A stretch of DNA of 64,000 nucleotides from Selaginella moellendorffii (Eukaryota > Plantae > Lycopodiophyta): positions 1,193,247 through 1,257,246 of the forward strand of contig NW_003314268.1 in NCBI RefSeq assembly GCF_000143415.4. Direction: 5' to 3'. The translations under genes were made by a program, and so were the position numbers. Below, one piece after another: positions 12,472 to 25,881 of the stretch (position 1 is the first letter of the stretch; each line of letters starts with the position of its first letter). Under the pieces are notes generated by a model. The model searched no databases, was not told where the DNA came from, and saw nothing but the letters and a program-made list of their open reading frames with translations.

Positions 12472-14006
12472 CTAAGTCAACCTGTAAAGACTTTCGTTGA
12501 GCCTGGGAGTGATTTTGGCTTTGAGAGTGTGTGCCATGAAGCTTATGTTTCCCATAGCTTCATCCATAGTTTGATCTTTTGGGCTTCCAGGAAATTTCCA
12601 CTCGAATCCATGGAGAAGATTAGAAAGAACGAGCTGGACGTTTCTAAGACCCAGATGAAGCCCGGGGCAAGCCCTCTTTCCAGATCCAAATGGAAGCAGC
12701 TCAAAGTCTTGGCCATTGACACCGATGCTGCTGCCAATGAATCGCTGGGGCTGAAACTCCAGAGGATCACTCCAAACTCGAGGGTCTCTGCCAATCGCGT
12801 AGACATTCACAATAAGCATTGCATTCTTGGAGATGTCATAGCCTGCAACATTCTGAGCCTCGACCGACGCATGTGGTATGAGCAAAGAAACGGGAGGATG
12901 GAGACGAAAGCTTTCCTTGATGATGGCATTCAAAACCTCGAGCTTGGATATGTCTCCCTCTTCGACCATGCGTGTGCGTCCAACAACACTCTCAATCTCT
13001 TGCTGAGCTTTGACCATCCAATCTGGGTGGTGAAGAAGTTCCGCCAGAGCCCACTCTGTCACAGTGGATGATGTTTCAGATCCACCAAGAAGTAGATCCT
13101 ATCAAGATCACAGAACAATCAAGTAAGTTCCACAGATTTGCAACTTACCATGAGGAGAGCTCTGAGACTGACCAAATCGTTTCCAATGTGAGACCTTGTG
13201 ACCTCCACGAAATCGGGAACCTCACCGGGGCGCTGCTCGTCCAAAACCTTTTGCAAGAAGCCATTCATCTTATCCCCGGCCACCTTTGCACGGCGGGCAA
13301 CCAAGTCGAGCCAGCTCAAGTAGGGGAAATAGTCAGTGATCGAGAAAGCCGCTCCCACCTCGAGGATCTCATCAATCATCGCTATGAAATTCGAAGCCTC
13401 CGCCGCAATAGCGGGATCGCCCGAGGCCTTGGATCCAAAGTACGTCTTCTTCATCAGAATGCGAGTCATGACGTTGAAGCTGAGCGCCCTCAAGTGTGGT
13501 CTCACTCCGACAACTTGGCCAGCCTTAGAAGCTCTCAATAGCTCACCACTGAGCTCCCACAGCTCGTCCCGGATGATCTGCGTGTTCATACTCATCCTTT
13601 TGGCCGTGAATATCTCCGTGGCGCAGAGCTTCCTCAGCTTCTTCCAGTAGTCTCCATATGGCGAGAAAGACATGCTCCTGCTATCCATGACTATGGAGAC
13701 CACGTTGTTTCGAGGCCTATAGGCGAATTCCGTGTCGTGGTTCTTGAGAAACTCTTTGGCCATTTCTGGACTGGAGACCACGAACACAGGGACAGATCCC
13801 AGGCGCAAGTGAAAGAGGGGTCCAAATCTCTTGGAGAGCTGCTGGAGTGCGATGTGTGGGATCTTGCCCATGGCCAGGAGATGGAAGTGGCCGATGAGAG
13901 GTAATCCTCTGGGGCCTGGCGGAAGATTGAGAGATATGCTGGAGAGCCATTGCTTGAGGATGAAAGCAGTGAGGAGGAAGACCACTATATGCACCGCCCA
14001 AAACAT
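12472..14006 (-). CDS. Cytochrome P450, CYP71 clan (A-type), copy 1 (exons 13149-14006, 12472-13098; ~494 aa)
   Basis: TM anchor, PPGP hinge, GGSET I-helix, ESFR, PQRF, heme FGSGKRACPG; single 50-bp intron. Confidence 0.95.
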
Positions 14007-14079
14007 TCCTACTTTCTGCCCCTAAATTGTAGAGCCAGAGCGCTGGAGAGTACTTCCATTCCAATGTTGAATGGAAGAT

Positions 14080-14360
14080 GTCCAACCTTTGACTTCCAAG
14101 CTTGGCATCTTTGAAATTTCTTCTAAACTCTTAAGAAATCCAAGCTGCGACAATTTTTTAAATAACAAAGAAATCCAAAGCCTTGAAAATCATCGCCTGT
14201 GGCGAGAAGTCTTCGAGCTCCGCAGCCTTTTACTTGGCGACGTATTCTGGAAATCAAGTGAATTTCACGACATGTATGCAGAAGCTCTGGTCGCAAGGAC
14301 CATGGAAACAAACTCACGGACCAGATCATTAGAAAGAAAATATGCCAGTACCTTGTATTG
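14080..14360 (+). repeat. Unknown gene-fragment repeat (FWKSSEFHDMYAEAL), copies also at ~11690-11910, 25555-25830(-), 31500-31740(-), 46670-46890(+)
   Basis: Recurrent homologous nucleotide and peptide segment with no intact ORF. Confidence 0.65.
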
Positions 14361-14547
14361 TGAGGTTTCTCGGGAACTGGGATTTTTGTGCGCACTCATG
14401 TGAAAGTTGGAGATTCCTACAGGAGGACGTCTGCTGGGACCATGAGCTGACGGACCTTGATGATAGAAATGGTGAGCTCGTGGAAGTGTGTTGCAAATAG
14501 AGTTGGTGCTCTAGTCACATCCACTATGTACTCACAGATTGCCCCAA
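14360..14547 (-). pseudogene. MSH2: MSH2 (MutS ATPase domain) gene fragment, copy 1
   Basis: AICEYIVDVTRAPTLFATHFHELT...NFHMSAH; isolated and frameshifted. Confidence 0.85.
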
Positions 14548-14599
14548 CACTGTTGTGCTGCACTGCTGCAAAGCCGCCACCCCATATTGCTGTATAACA

Positions 14600-17500
14600 C
14601 CACTGCCACAGAAAAACCATAGAGTTTTTTCATTAGCACAATTCTCTATAGTGTGAATGCAATACAGTGTTCATATGGCAATTTTCTATTGGTTTAGCAT
14701 TAAATATCAATTCCATTGCAATGGATGCCCCATGGATGTTGGCTCGATGGGTTGATAATGTCCCTATAATATGAACATTGTGCTATACATAAATGCCACA
14801 TATCATCAAGTTTGAGCCCAAGATATAGGGATTTATTATGTCATAGAGTTTAAGAGATGCTTCCTTGCCTTAGTGCCCTACCTTAGTGTTATGTTATTGG
14901 CAATGTGAAAAGTAACTTGGTTTGTTAGTGATTGGTTTCAAATGTTTTTGTAAGCAAAGTTGGAAGTGGTTTTGAATTATTACTAAATTGCTCTTTATGG
15001 ACTTTGAAGTTCTTACTATGAGTATAGTTCCCTTAGTTTATTTCAAATTTGTCTTACTGAAACTTTTTCTAGGTTTACTAGAAGACATGGAGGGGATGGC
15101 CTTCCATCCAATTTAAGTGATTCAGATTGTGGTTTAGATGTGGATAGTAACAATGATGCTCTTTCAAAGGTTTGCTTAATTTTTAGCATTCTATAATTTT
15201 TTGGGATTGAGGGGATTCGATAGTCCTACTGCATTTGGCATCTAGATGCACCTGAAGATCCTCGAGACTAAGACTATTTATTTTAAAATTTCAAAGCCAA
15301 CACTGTACAAATACATGTGGCTTGTCGATCCAAATTAGAGAGGTGTACACTATAGGGTACCACCTAAAGAGGTATATCATCACGTCTAGACTAACAATTC
15401 CATGATCGAGGTGGCACAAATTGGGGGATTATCAATTCCTGATCTAGTTGTTAAACTAGAGGATACTGGTTTAGCCGACGCCAAATTCATAAGGCCTTAG
15501 CCACTCACAATCTAACTAGACTGGAACAAAGGCACATGACAAGGATTTAATAATGATTTTATAAGAATGAAGAGGCTTATGCACTTTGCTATATAAATTG
15601 TGAATATTCTTTCATTTCTGCCTTTTTGTGAGCATGTATATATTGCAAGCTTGTAAGCTATGGTCTCTATGTACATGCATTATTTGTGGGGTAACTCATT
15701 ATATTGTAGCTTGTGAGTTGGCTGCCTCCAAAGAATCCCATGCAATATTCAGCACATATACATAGGTTATTTGTCAATTTGGAAGGCCTAAACACATTAG
15801 GAGAAACAATGCTCTAAAGCACGTTAAGGTTGAAAGGGATATGGTCTACTGTTTGGTCTTGTAGCTAAGAGCTTCATACGTGGGATATCGTAACTAGGTA
15901 CTCACAATGTTAGAGTTTGTCCAAATAAGAACTAAATCAATTTTGTTTTGTAGCACATAGAATATTTGTGGAGAGAGCTCTTTGAGCGCGTGGTGTGGTT
16001 TTATAAGCACCATTTTAAGTCTATGGAAAACATAGGAATTCTTAATGTATCTAATCTATGGCACAACTAAAGTCTACGTTATGTCTTTGCTCCGTACCTC
16101 AAAAAGGATATTTCACATTAGATTGCAACCTGGAACCTCCATTAGGTCCGTCTGTATCGATGTGGTGATTACTTCAAACCACCTCATGTTTTTGCAAACT
16201 TATTTCAACCGATGGAACAAGAGCTTGGGTAAAAATTTTAGTAATATTATAGAATTCTTCATAAATTGTGCTTTTGCAGGATTATATTGGTTGTTGGTGG
16301 AAAAGATATTAAATACATACTTGGACCATTTCTCTCCAATGTCGAAGGTGAAACTCTATCAAAGTAATCTTTAGAGCAAGAATAGAACAATTTCTTTTAA
16401 TCTATTTTGTTGTGCTTGGTTACCTTACAGACTCTCAACACTATTCAAAACTAGACATTGTTTATGCATCAGGAGGGACTCAACTTAGACAAGAAATATC
16501 TACTTCATTTGGATTTAACAATGGAGTGTGTAATAGTTAATGTTGCAGGTGTAGATCTACTATTTAACATTGAAAGTGCCTTGCCTATAGCAACACTAGT
16601 GAAGTGACGAGCTTTGGAAAATTGTACTTGGCCATACTCGGAGAAAACTGAGTGTTCTTTAGTGTAAATTTAAAATTTAAATTCAATTCTTGATTTCTTC
16701 AATTTTAGGGTATATTAAATGTGCCTTAGATACAGGCAATTTCATTTTATAACAACGCTTCATATGATTTTGTTAATGGTTCATTAATTTTTCAATCAAT
16801 TTGCATGATTAAACTGAAGGCAAGGCTTCTAGCGCACACTCCCCCAATTGCAAGACCATCGCCCAAGCAAGAGCGCCATAGCTATGATGGTGGGTAGCTT
16901 CTCCTAGATCAAGTTTGCATAACCAATCCCTTATGGTTTCCAAGCTCGAAGCAAGAACCTTGCACGCCTCAACAATAGTAGACACTATGCAAGAAATGCC
17001 TCGTGAGTATGCACCCAAGCACTTGATGTTCCGCAATTGGTGCAGCTAACAGTTTTGTGAGGCACACACCAACCACTTGATTTTCCAAGCTCCACAGCAG
17101 GGATATCAACTCTAACAACATCCCACCCATAACTTCTGACTATATTTGAGTAAGTAGAGTGTTGCCTAACATTGCATACACTGCAACATATGTGAAACCT
17201 CCAGCACGTTTTGTTCTCCTTGCTTTCCTTGGAAAGTAGTAGCCTAAGTGTCTGAAATGAGCAAGTCTAGACACCTCATGCCCACGGTGTTGTCCAATCT
17301 AGAATGCTGCCACCAACACCAATATATGCTCACGCAAGCCCATATAGTGCCATTGCTACCAACTCCATAACTCCACCAACTACTACAACTCTTGCAACTC
17401 CATCTACTAGTATAAATGCCAGTACCTAGCCATCTACCTCTCGAAGCAATAAGTGGTCTAGCTTGGTAAAATTTTCATTTGTACCCATCTTTTTTCTATG

Positions 17501-18275
17501 TGTTTTTCTATGTAGGGTGAGTTGACAATGCCACCACACTAGCAAGTTTATAGTTCGCCATCAACATTCCACAACTACTCCCAATGATTGACATTGTCAT
17601 CTAGTGGAGCTTTGACATCCAGATATATTCAAACTGACCCTCAAGGTGGGCTACTATGTGAGCCACAGGTATAATATGATCCTATACACTTTTCATTTTT
17701 TTCCTTAGATTTGTTTGACTCATTTTTGTTTCTTTGCTAGACTCTCTTAGCACTTGTGGCTGTAGTGCACACCTATGCTAATAACAATCAATAGTCCTTA
17801 TCTTGTTGTCCTAGACACTATGACAATTGGTCCAAAGTCATTAGTGGGATGTCGTCTATGACACCCTTGGTCCTCTGGCCGTTTACCACAGCCTTTGTCA
17901 CCAAGTGGATTGCAATCCCAAAGACCTGGCATATACATTTATATGGCTGGAGAAGAGAGCCATTGGTGAAGGTGACGGAACTTGACGAGATAGTAGTGGA
18001 CCTCCTAGAGTGTCTTATATGGGGTGGCTTATACTCTAGTATTCCTTTCCATCCTGGCATAGCCCAACATGCAATTCTACTATCATTCCAAGCCTCAGGA
18101 ATCCAACCTTCATCCATAACCAACCCAGAAGCATTTGTCTAGCATGCAAGGTAGTTCAATGGTGGTGAAGCCCATGTCGAGTCTGCAAAATTTGGCCTCA
18201 GCTCTATCTAGCCTTGCTACTAGCCTCCTCAAACATTATGGGGAGCCATAGAAAACAAGGCCAATGGCAACCGAG
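14600..18275. repeat. Unclassified decayed AT-rich segment, duplicated inverted at ~22170-25270
   Basis: Colinear reverse-complement homology with many transitions and indels; fragmentary ORFs only; probably an old TE, family not identifiable by eye. Confidence 0.6.
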
Positions 18276-19373
18276 TGTAAGCCATAAAGTTTTTCTTTCC
18301 AGTTTGCCAGCTTACCTCGTGTATCCGACCAACACTGCCTTGGCTTGTGTTAAGTTCGCTCGCCAAGGTTCCCGCCTATTGTACCAGCCCCTACTTGGTC
18401 CTACTTGGTTTCAGCTATTCACTACATGAGCAATAAAGTGTTAGCCATCCATCTACAGATTCCCAATTCTCTCCCAATCCCCCTTCCCGGGTTAGACTGG
18501 ACTTAAAGTTCGATTACACTCCCCGCAAGCACAAGCAGCCAAGCACACCAAGCCTCCAGGTTCCAAACACCCCTTGGTACAACAAAACTTGATCATGAGA
18601 CCCTCTAAATCCCAAGCCTTGGGTGCAACACTTGCTTCGGGACATCGGGGCGAAACACCGTGGCCTAACGGCCCAGTATGGGTACCTCTACCCCCCCCCC
18701 ACTTCCATCCCGAAGGGAAGGCCCAAGCCCCTAGGAAGGGCGAGGACCAAAGAGCCACAAGGTACTCACGTGGGGCACCACTCCACATGAGTCGGGAGCA
18801 CCATAGTCGATTTCCCTTTCGGGAGTGGGAGCTGCTCTTGAACACTTCCCTGGGTGGCCCCTCTGGCACCATCCAAGCCCATGCTCACTCCCACTCAAGG
18901 CCCCTCAGCCCTAGTCTCAACCTCAAGTCAGTTTGGAAGCACCACTAGAGAGTTCCTTCAAGACTGGTTCCTAGACCCCCCCCCCTTGGGAGATGCATGC
19001 TTTGGGCTTTCACCCCTTGACCTGTATTAGTATTTGGACTTAGTCTCAAATTCGATCTTGGACTTGATCTCGGACCCGACTTCGGACTCGGTCTCGGACT
19101 CGATCTCGAACTCGATCTCGGACCCAATCTCAGACTCGACTTCGGACTCGGTCTCGGACCCGATTTAGATCTCGGACTCTGTCTCGAACTCGGTCTCGAA
19201 CTCGGTCTCTGATTTGGCCTCGGCTCGATCCCGGACTCTATCTCAAAGTCGGTCTCAAAGTCGGTCTTGGACTTGATCTTCGACTCGGTCCCATCCGATG
19301 AACTCTTTGTTATTTCGGTCATGCTTTCGGGGATCCTTTAGCCTACGACAGCTCGAGGAGTCGGTTTCTTACA
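18276..19373 (-). mobile_element. 3' LTR of chromovirus element A, displaced by inversion
   Basis: Reverse complement of LTR 32239-33400; TG..CA ends; PPT just beyond 19373; flank CCGAG (18271-18275) is the reverse complement of TSD CTCGG. Confidence 0.93.
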
Positions 19374-19799
19374 ACTCCATCACCCATAGAAGAAGTTCGA
19401 TGCCTACATCGAACGCCTCTTTTTTATCCTACGACTTGTTGACCATGTCTCCAGGGGCATCCCCCCACTTAGCGGTGTGCCTAAGTTAGCCTCCCCGGCC
19501 AAGAGCCCATGACAACGGAATATAGGTGTCCCTATATTCCTCACCTCACCACGCCCTAGTATGGGGTTGGGACTTGAACCTAGCCTTGCTTTACTAGGGG
19601 GTTGGGACTCGAACCCAACCTCCGTAGAATACGTCTACGGATTCGACATCCCCGCGGGGAGTCGGGCGTAGTGCCCTACGCTTGGTCAACCTAGCTAACC
19701 CATGCTAATTAGCTTACCTTCGGTGCGCCTTTGGGTCCCAACATATGCCACTTGCTCAACTTTGCAAATTGATATTTTAATTGAACTTTGCATAAGTAC

Positions 19800-19978
19800 A
19801 TAGAGTTCTGCCTTGTAGAAATTCCTCCATTAAATCTTGCGCGTTCGCTAGGTTCTCCTTCGGTTCCCATGTTGCTTCATAGTGTGGAAATCCTTTCCAC
19901 TTCACATGGAACTCTCTCACCTTGTGTCCTTGTCGCTTACTATTGCGCGCATTGAGGATGGCCTCAACTTCATAACCA
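19800..19978 (-). mobile_element. Integrase C-terminal chromodomain of element A
   Basis: GYEVEAILNAR...REFHVKWKGFPHYEATWEPKENL, a canonical chromodomain. Confidence 0.9.
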
Positions 19979-20405
19979 GGGGCAGAAAGGGACTTGATAG
20001 GAACTGACAAAGGGACTTTGGGGAAGGCGATTCCTCAGGTCTGTGGGCATCCTAAGGATGCTAAGGAGTGGATCTAGGATGACCACTCGTGGATAGATGG
20101 CCCAGTCTTGGAGAGACGGGATGGTGATGCAAGTGGTATTGGACCACTAGTGCAGCAAAGGTGAATGGGCATGGCCTTAGCGTAACGGGCCGAGATGTTA
20201 GTGGTACCTTTGGGTGTTGGTCTTGGGACCGGACACGCGGAGCACTTGGACCAGGTGCAAATGTTGAGTGGCATGGATGCCATTTTTGGGGCTAGCAAGT
20301 CCCAAGTCCTGAATTGGACTGATGGAGGTTGTGAATGAGACTCCTCCAAGTGGTTGGAGGTGTGGTTAAGTGACTAAAGTAGAATGGAAAATTTAGTCGC
20401 TTACA
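19976..20405 (+). mobile_element. Terminal piece of element B 3' LTR, displaced by inversion
   Basis: Reverse complement of 44159-44588; ends ...GCTTACA followed by TTGCT, the reverse complement of AGCAA at 46070-46074. Confidence 0.93.
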
Positions 20406-22169
20406 TTGCTCTTGTTGCTCATGGCAAAAGAACTAAATTATCATTATTTGGCACACCTCTTTTAACATGGTGTTCATAGCAAGCGTAAGTGAACTCCATC
20501 TAGCTCCATTGCAAAGCCATGAATATATACTATCTGGAGTTATGTCTCTAATGCATCCCATTAAATTTATCCTTCGTTGCCATTGATTTCTAGTGTAACT
20601 CTCTCAATGCTTTAGTTTTGCACCATGATGTTTAGAAGATTTGCATGACTCAAAAGTAGGTTGAAGTCTAACCAATTCCATGAATTGGTGGGGCTTATAC
20701 TTCGATTGTGTACTACATAAGGGTGTATAGTGTTGATGTTTGTGGAGTTCTCTCAAGTGTAGCATGCTGAAGGAGATTTGAGAATATGGAAGTTGCAATT
20801 GCATGCAATAACATTTAGGTGAGAAGAGCAATAATAATGGACACTTTCAACATTTTCCAATTATAACCATTTCAAATTTTAAAATTTGTAAAAAGAGTTT
20901 CCAAGTATAGGGTGAAACTATCCAATATATGCTATGCACTACGGCCGAAGAACTAGAGTTTTCAGGGATTGGAAGTTCGTGATTTGGTAAGAGTAGATTT
21001 GTGATAGTATCCTATCTACTCTAACCTTGTTGTAATGTTTGAGGTTTCTAGGTTTCCTCCTAGTATGGCAAACTAGAAAGGATTCTATGACTTCTTTGAG
21101 GTACAACAATGGATCCAACAGAGTATAAGACTGAGGATTCTATATTATGCCTCCTCCTCTCAAGGCTTGGCAATCCCTCCAATAAGGTTGCTTAAGACTA
21201 CTTCTAATGTTATGCTAATTATTGAGGGGAAAGGTCCTGTTGAAGAAAGTGACAATGAGGGATGTATTACTGCTCGAGATGTAAGCGAGGACAAGTTCAT
21301 AGATCCAGAGGGTGATTTTTGTTCTACCATGAAACAAGAACCAGAGGCGCCGATACCTGGTGGCCACACACCTGGCCTCTCGATCTCCCCTTCATAATTT
21401 TGGAGCAGTTGAGAGTTCCCCAAGCAAGGATGGGCATCATGTAGCACCCAAGCTCGATAGTTTTGACCCAAATCCTAGATTGGGAGCTGCTTTGGAAGCT
21501 ATAGTGATTGCCCTTGATGAGGCAAGTATAAGCCGGGAGGGCTATAAATGTTTATAATGGGTATTTGTGGAATATTTTGAATATTTTTACCTTTATCTTT
21601 GCTAATGAACTAAGTTAAATTGGAAAGAGTCTCTTTCAAAGTGTTAAGGAATTATATATTTTCAAAACAATTATCTAGTTTAATTGTGAAAGTGTTGAGA
21701 TTATGGTACTTCCACAACATCAACCCAATATATACAAGCTCTTTGGATTCTAAAGTGCCCGGTGGATCTTGTGTTTGGTCCACTCCATTGATGGGTACGT
21801 TAAAGGGAAGAAAACTTCTCGTGTGCATATGGAGAACCTGGGAAATCGAGTAGACAATATACTCTGTCTCTCAACTTAGATCTAAATAGGCTCTCCCAGT
21901 CAGTACTCTAGAGAATCAATTGTAGAGTGATGGAACTTGGATAACTCTTTTCGGCTTATCACCAAGGGATCATCATCTGTAGTCAAAGCATTTGTAGTAG
22001 CTATAACTGTAAGGACCACAACATATATTTATGAGGAGAGAATTTAAAAAAGATAATGACTTACATTCACAAACATCCTTCTCCTTGAGTGCTTGGGCCT
22101 AATTTTGATAACTTAGCCAATATTTGTCAATAAGATGCTCCATAACATCGTATAAACAGATTACTATTG

Positions 22170-25100
22170 CTCAGTTGCCATTGGCCTTGTTTTCTATGGC
22201 TCCCCATGATGTTTGAGGAGGCTAGTAGCAAGGCTAGATAGAGCTGAGGCCAAATTTTATAGACTCAACATGGGCCTCACCACTATTGGATTGCCTTGCA
22301 TGCTAGACAAATGCTTCTGGATTGGTTATGGATGAAGATTGGATTCCTGAGACTTGGAATGATAGTAGAATTATATGTTGGGCTGTGCCGGGCTGGAAAG
22401 GAATACTAGAGTATAAGCCACCCCATATAAGACACTCTGGGAGGTCCACTACTAACTCGTCAAGTTTTGTCATCTTCACCGATAGCTCTCTTTTCCAGCC
22501 ATATAAGTGTATATGCCAGGTCTTCACGATTGCAATCCACTTAGTGACAAAGGCTGTGGTGAACAGCTGGGGGATGAAAGGTGTTATAGACAACATCCCA
22601 CCAATGACTTTGGACCGATTGCCATAGTGTGCACGACAACAAGATAAGGACTGCTGATTGTTATTGGCATAGGTGTGCACTACAACCACAAGTGCTGAGA
22701 GAGTCTAGCACAGTGAAACAAAAATGAGTCAAACAAATCTAAGGAAAAAAAAATGAAAAGTGTATGGGATCATATTATACCTGTGGCTCATATGGTAGCC
22801 CACCTTGAGGTCAGCTTGAATATATCTGGATGTCAAAGCTTCACTAGATGACAATATCAACCATTGGGAGTAGTTGTAGAATGCTAATGGCAAACTATAA
22901 GCTTGCTGGTGTGGCGGCATTATCAACTCATCCTACACAGAAATACATATAGAAAAAGGATGGGTACAAATGAAAAACTTACCGAGCTAGACCACTTGTT
23001 GCTTCGAGAGGTAGATGGCTAGGTATTGGCACTTGTACTAGTAGATGGAGTTGCAAGAGTTGTAGCAACTGGTGGAGTTGTGGAGCTGGTAGCAATGGCA
23101 CTATATGGGCTTGAGCATGTCTTGTAGTTGGTGTTGGTGGTAGTGTTCCAGATTGGACAACACCGTGGGCATGAGGTGTCTGGACTTGCTCATTTCAGAC
23201 ACTCAGGCTGCTGCTTTCCAGGGAAGGCAAGGAGAACAAAACGTGCTAGAGGTTTTGAATATGTTGCAGTGTTTGCAATGTTAGGCAACACTCTACTTGC
23301 TCAAATGTAGTCAGAAGTTCTGGGTGGGATGCTATTGGAGTTGATATCCCTACTGTGGAGCTTGGAAAATCAAGCGGTTGGCATGTGCCTCACAAGACTA
23401 TTATCTATACCAATTGTGGAACATCAAGTGCTTGGGTGCATACTCACGAGGCATTTCTTGCATAGTGTCTACTACTATTGAGGCATGCGAGGTTCTTGCT
23501 TCAAGCCTAGAAACCATAAGGGATTGGTTATGCAAACTTGATCAAGGAGAAGTTACTTACCATCATAGCTGTGGCACTCTTGTTTGGGCAGTGGTCCTAC
23601 AATTGGGGGAGTGTGCGCTAGAAGCCTTGCCTCTAGTTAAATCATGTGAATCAATTAGAAAAATGAATAAACCATTGACAAAATCATATAAAGCGTTGTC
23701 ATAAAACATATCTAAGGCACATTTACTATGGGTGGGACTTGGTGTAAACCCTAATCCAAAACATGGCAACCCTAAAATTGAGGAAATCAAGAATTGAATT
23801 TAAATTTTAAATTTACACTAAAGAACACTCAATTTTCTCTGAGTATGGCCAAATACAATTTTTCCAAAGCTCATCACTTCAATAGTGTTGCTGTAGGCAA
23901 GGCACTTTCAATGTTAAATGGTAGATCTACACCTGCAACATCAACCATTGCACACTCCATTGTTAGATCTAATGAAATAGATATTTTTTGTCTAAGTTGA
24001 GTCCCTCCTGATACATAAAAAATGCCTCATTTCAAACAGTGCCGAGAGCTTGTAAAGTAGCCAAGAGAAATGGTCCAAGTATGTCTTTAATATCTTTTCC
24101 ACCAACAGCCAGCATAATCCTACAAAAGCACAATTTATGAAGAATTCTATAATATTACCAAAATTCTTACCCAAGCTCTTGTTCCATTGGTTGAAATAAA
24201 TTTGTAGAAACATGAGGTGGTCTGAAATAATCACCATATCGATACGGACAGACCTAATAAAGGTTCCAGGTTGCAACCCAGTGTGAAATATCCTTTTTGA
24301 GGTACAAAGCAAAGACACAATGTAAACTCTAGTTGTGCCATGAATTAGATACATTAAGGATTTTTATGTTTTCCATGGACTTAAAAAAGTGCTTATAAAA
24401 CCACACCACATGCTCAAAGAGCTCTCTCCACGAATATTCTATGCACTGCAAAACAAAATCGATTTAGTCCTTATTTGGACAAACTCTAACATTATGAGTA
24501 CCTGGTTATGATACCCCACATATGAAGCTCCTAACTACAAGACCCTAATAGGAGACTATATCCTTTTCAACCTCAATGTGATCTAGAGCATTGTCTCTCC
24601 TAGGCCTTCCAAATTGATAAATAGCCTATGCATATGTGTTGAATATTACATGGGATTCTTTGGAGGCAACTAGCTCACAAGCTACAATATAATGAGTTGC
24701 CCTACAAATAATGGCATGTATATAAAAATTAAATAAACCTCTGGGAGAGCATCATTGTCACTATCCACATCTAAACCACAGCCTGAATTACTAAAATTGG
24801 ATGGAAGGCCATCCACCTTTTCTTCCTCCATGTCTTCCAGTAAACCTAGAAAAAAAAGTTTAAGTGATATAAATTTGAAATAAACTAAGGGAATTATACT
24901 CATAGCAAGAACTTTGAAGTCCATAGAGAGCAATTTAGTAATAAATTAAAGCCACTTCCAACACTACCCACAAAAATATTTGAAACCAATCACTAGCAAA
25001 CCAAATTACCTTTTACATTTAATGCCAAGAAACATGCCAAATAACATAGCACTAGGGCACTAAGGCAAGGAAGCATCTCTTAAACCTTATGTCATAATAA

Positions 25101-25270
25101 ATCCAATGATATGTGGCATCTATGTATAGCACAATGTTCATATTATAGGGACATTATCAACCCATCGAATTGCAATGGAATTGATATTTAATGCTAAACC
25201 AATAGAAAACTGCCATATGGACACTATATTGCATTAACATCCACCCTTTTACAAATTGCACACTATAGAG
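22170..25270. repeat. Second copy of the decayed segment 14600-18275, carrying the empty site of element A at ~22166-22178
   Basis: attg-ctcag-ttgcc is uninterrupted here, while the other copy has element A at this position. Confidence 0.75.
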
Positions 25271-25363
25271 AATTGTGCTAATGAAAAAACTCTATGGTTT
25301 TTCTGTGGCAGTGGTGTTATACATATGGGGTGGCGGCTTTGCAGCAGTCCAGCACAACGGTGT

Positions 25364-25544
25364 TGGGGCAATCTGTGAGTACATAGTGGATGTGACTAGA
25401 GCACCAACTCTATTTGCAACGCACTTCCACGAGCTCACCATTTCTATCATCAAGGTCCATGGTCCCAGCAGACGTCCTCCTGTAGGAATCTCCAACTTTC
25501 ACATGAGTGCGCACATAGATCCCAGTTCCCGAAAGCTCACAATA
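25364..25544 (+). pseudogene. MSH2: MSH2 gene fragment, copy 2
   Basis: GAICEYIVDVTRAPTLFATHFHELT..VGISNFHMSAHIDPSSRKLT. Confidence 0.85.
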
Positions 25545-25881
25545 CAAGGTACTCGCATATTTTCTTTCTAATGATCTGGTCCGTGAGTTTGTTTCCATGG
25601 TCCGTGCGACCAGAGCTTCTGCATACACGTCGTGGAATTCACTTGATTTCCAGAATGCGTCGCCAAGTAAAAGGCTGCGGAGCTCGAAGACTTCTCGCCA
25701 CAGGCGATTCTGGGAGATGATTTTCAAGGCTTTGGATTTCTTTGTTATTTAAAAAATTGTCGCAGCTTGGATTTTTTAAGAGTTTAGAAGAAATTTCAAA
25801 GATGCCAAGCTTAAAAGTCAAAGGTCGGACATCACATTGGATCCAGCGCACGGCTCTACAATTTAGGGGCAGAAAGTAGGA

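Noticed and set aside
12391-13650. Antisense ORFs over the P450s (also over XYLT, SufB and Tubby)
   Set aside because: Shadow ORFs of GC-rich coding sequence with no motifs
19560-19625. tRNA gene
   Set aside because: Only T-arm hairpins; no full cloverleaf, D-arm or acceptor stem seen
20406-21960. Possible gene or TE in the unique spacer
   Set aside because: Only short broken ORFs; no family recognisable without a search
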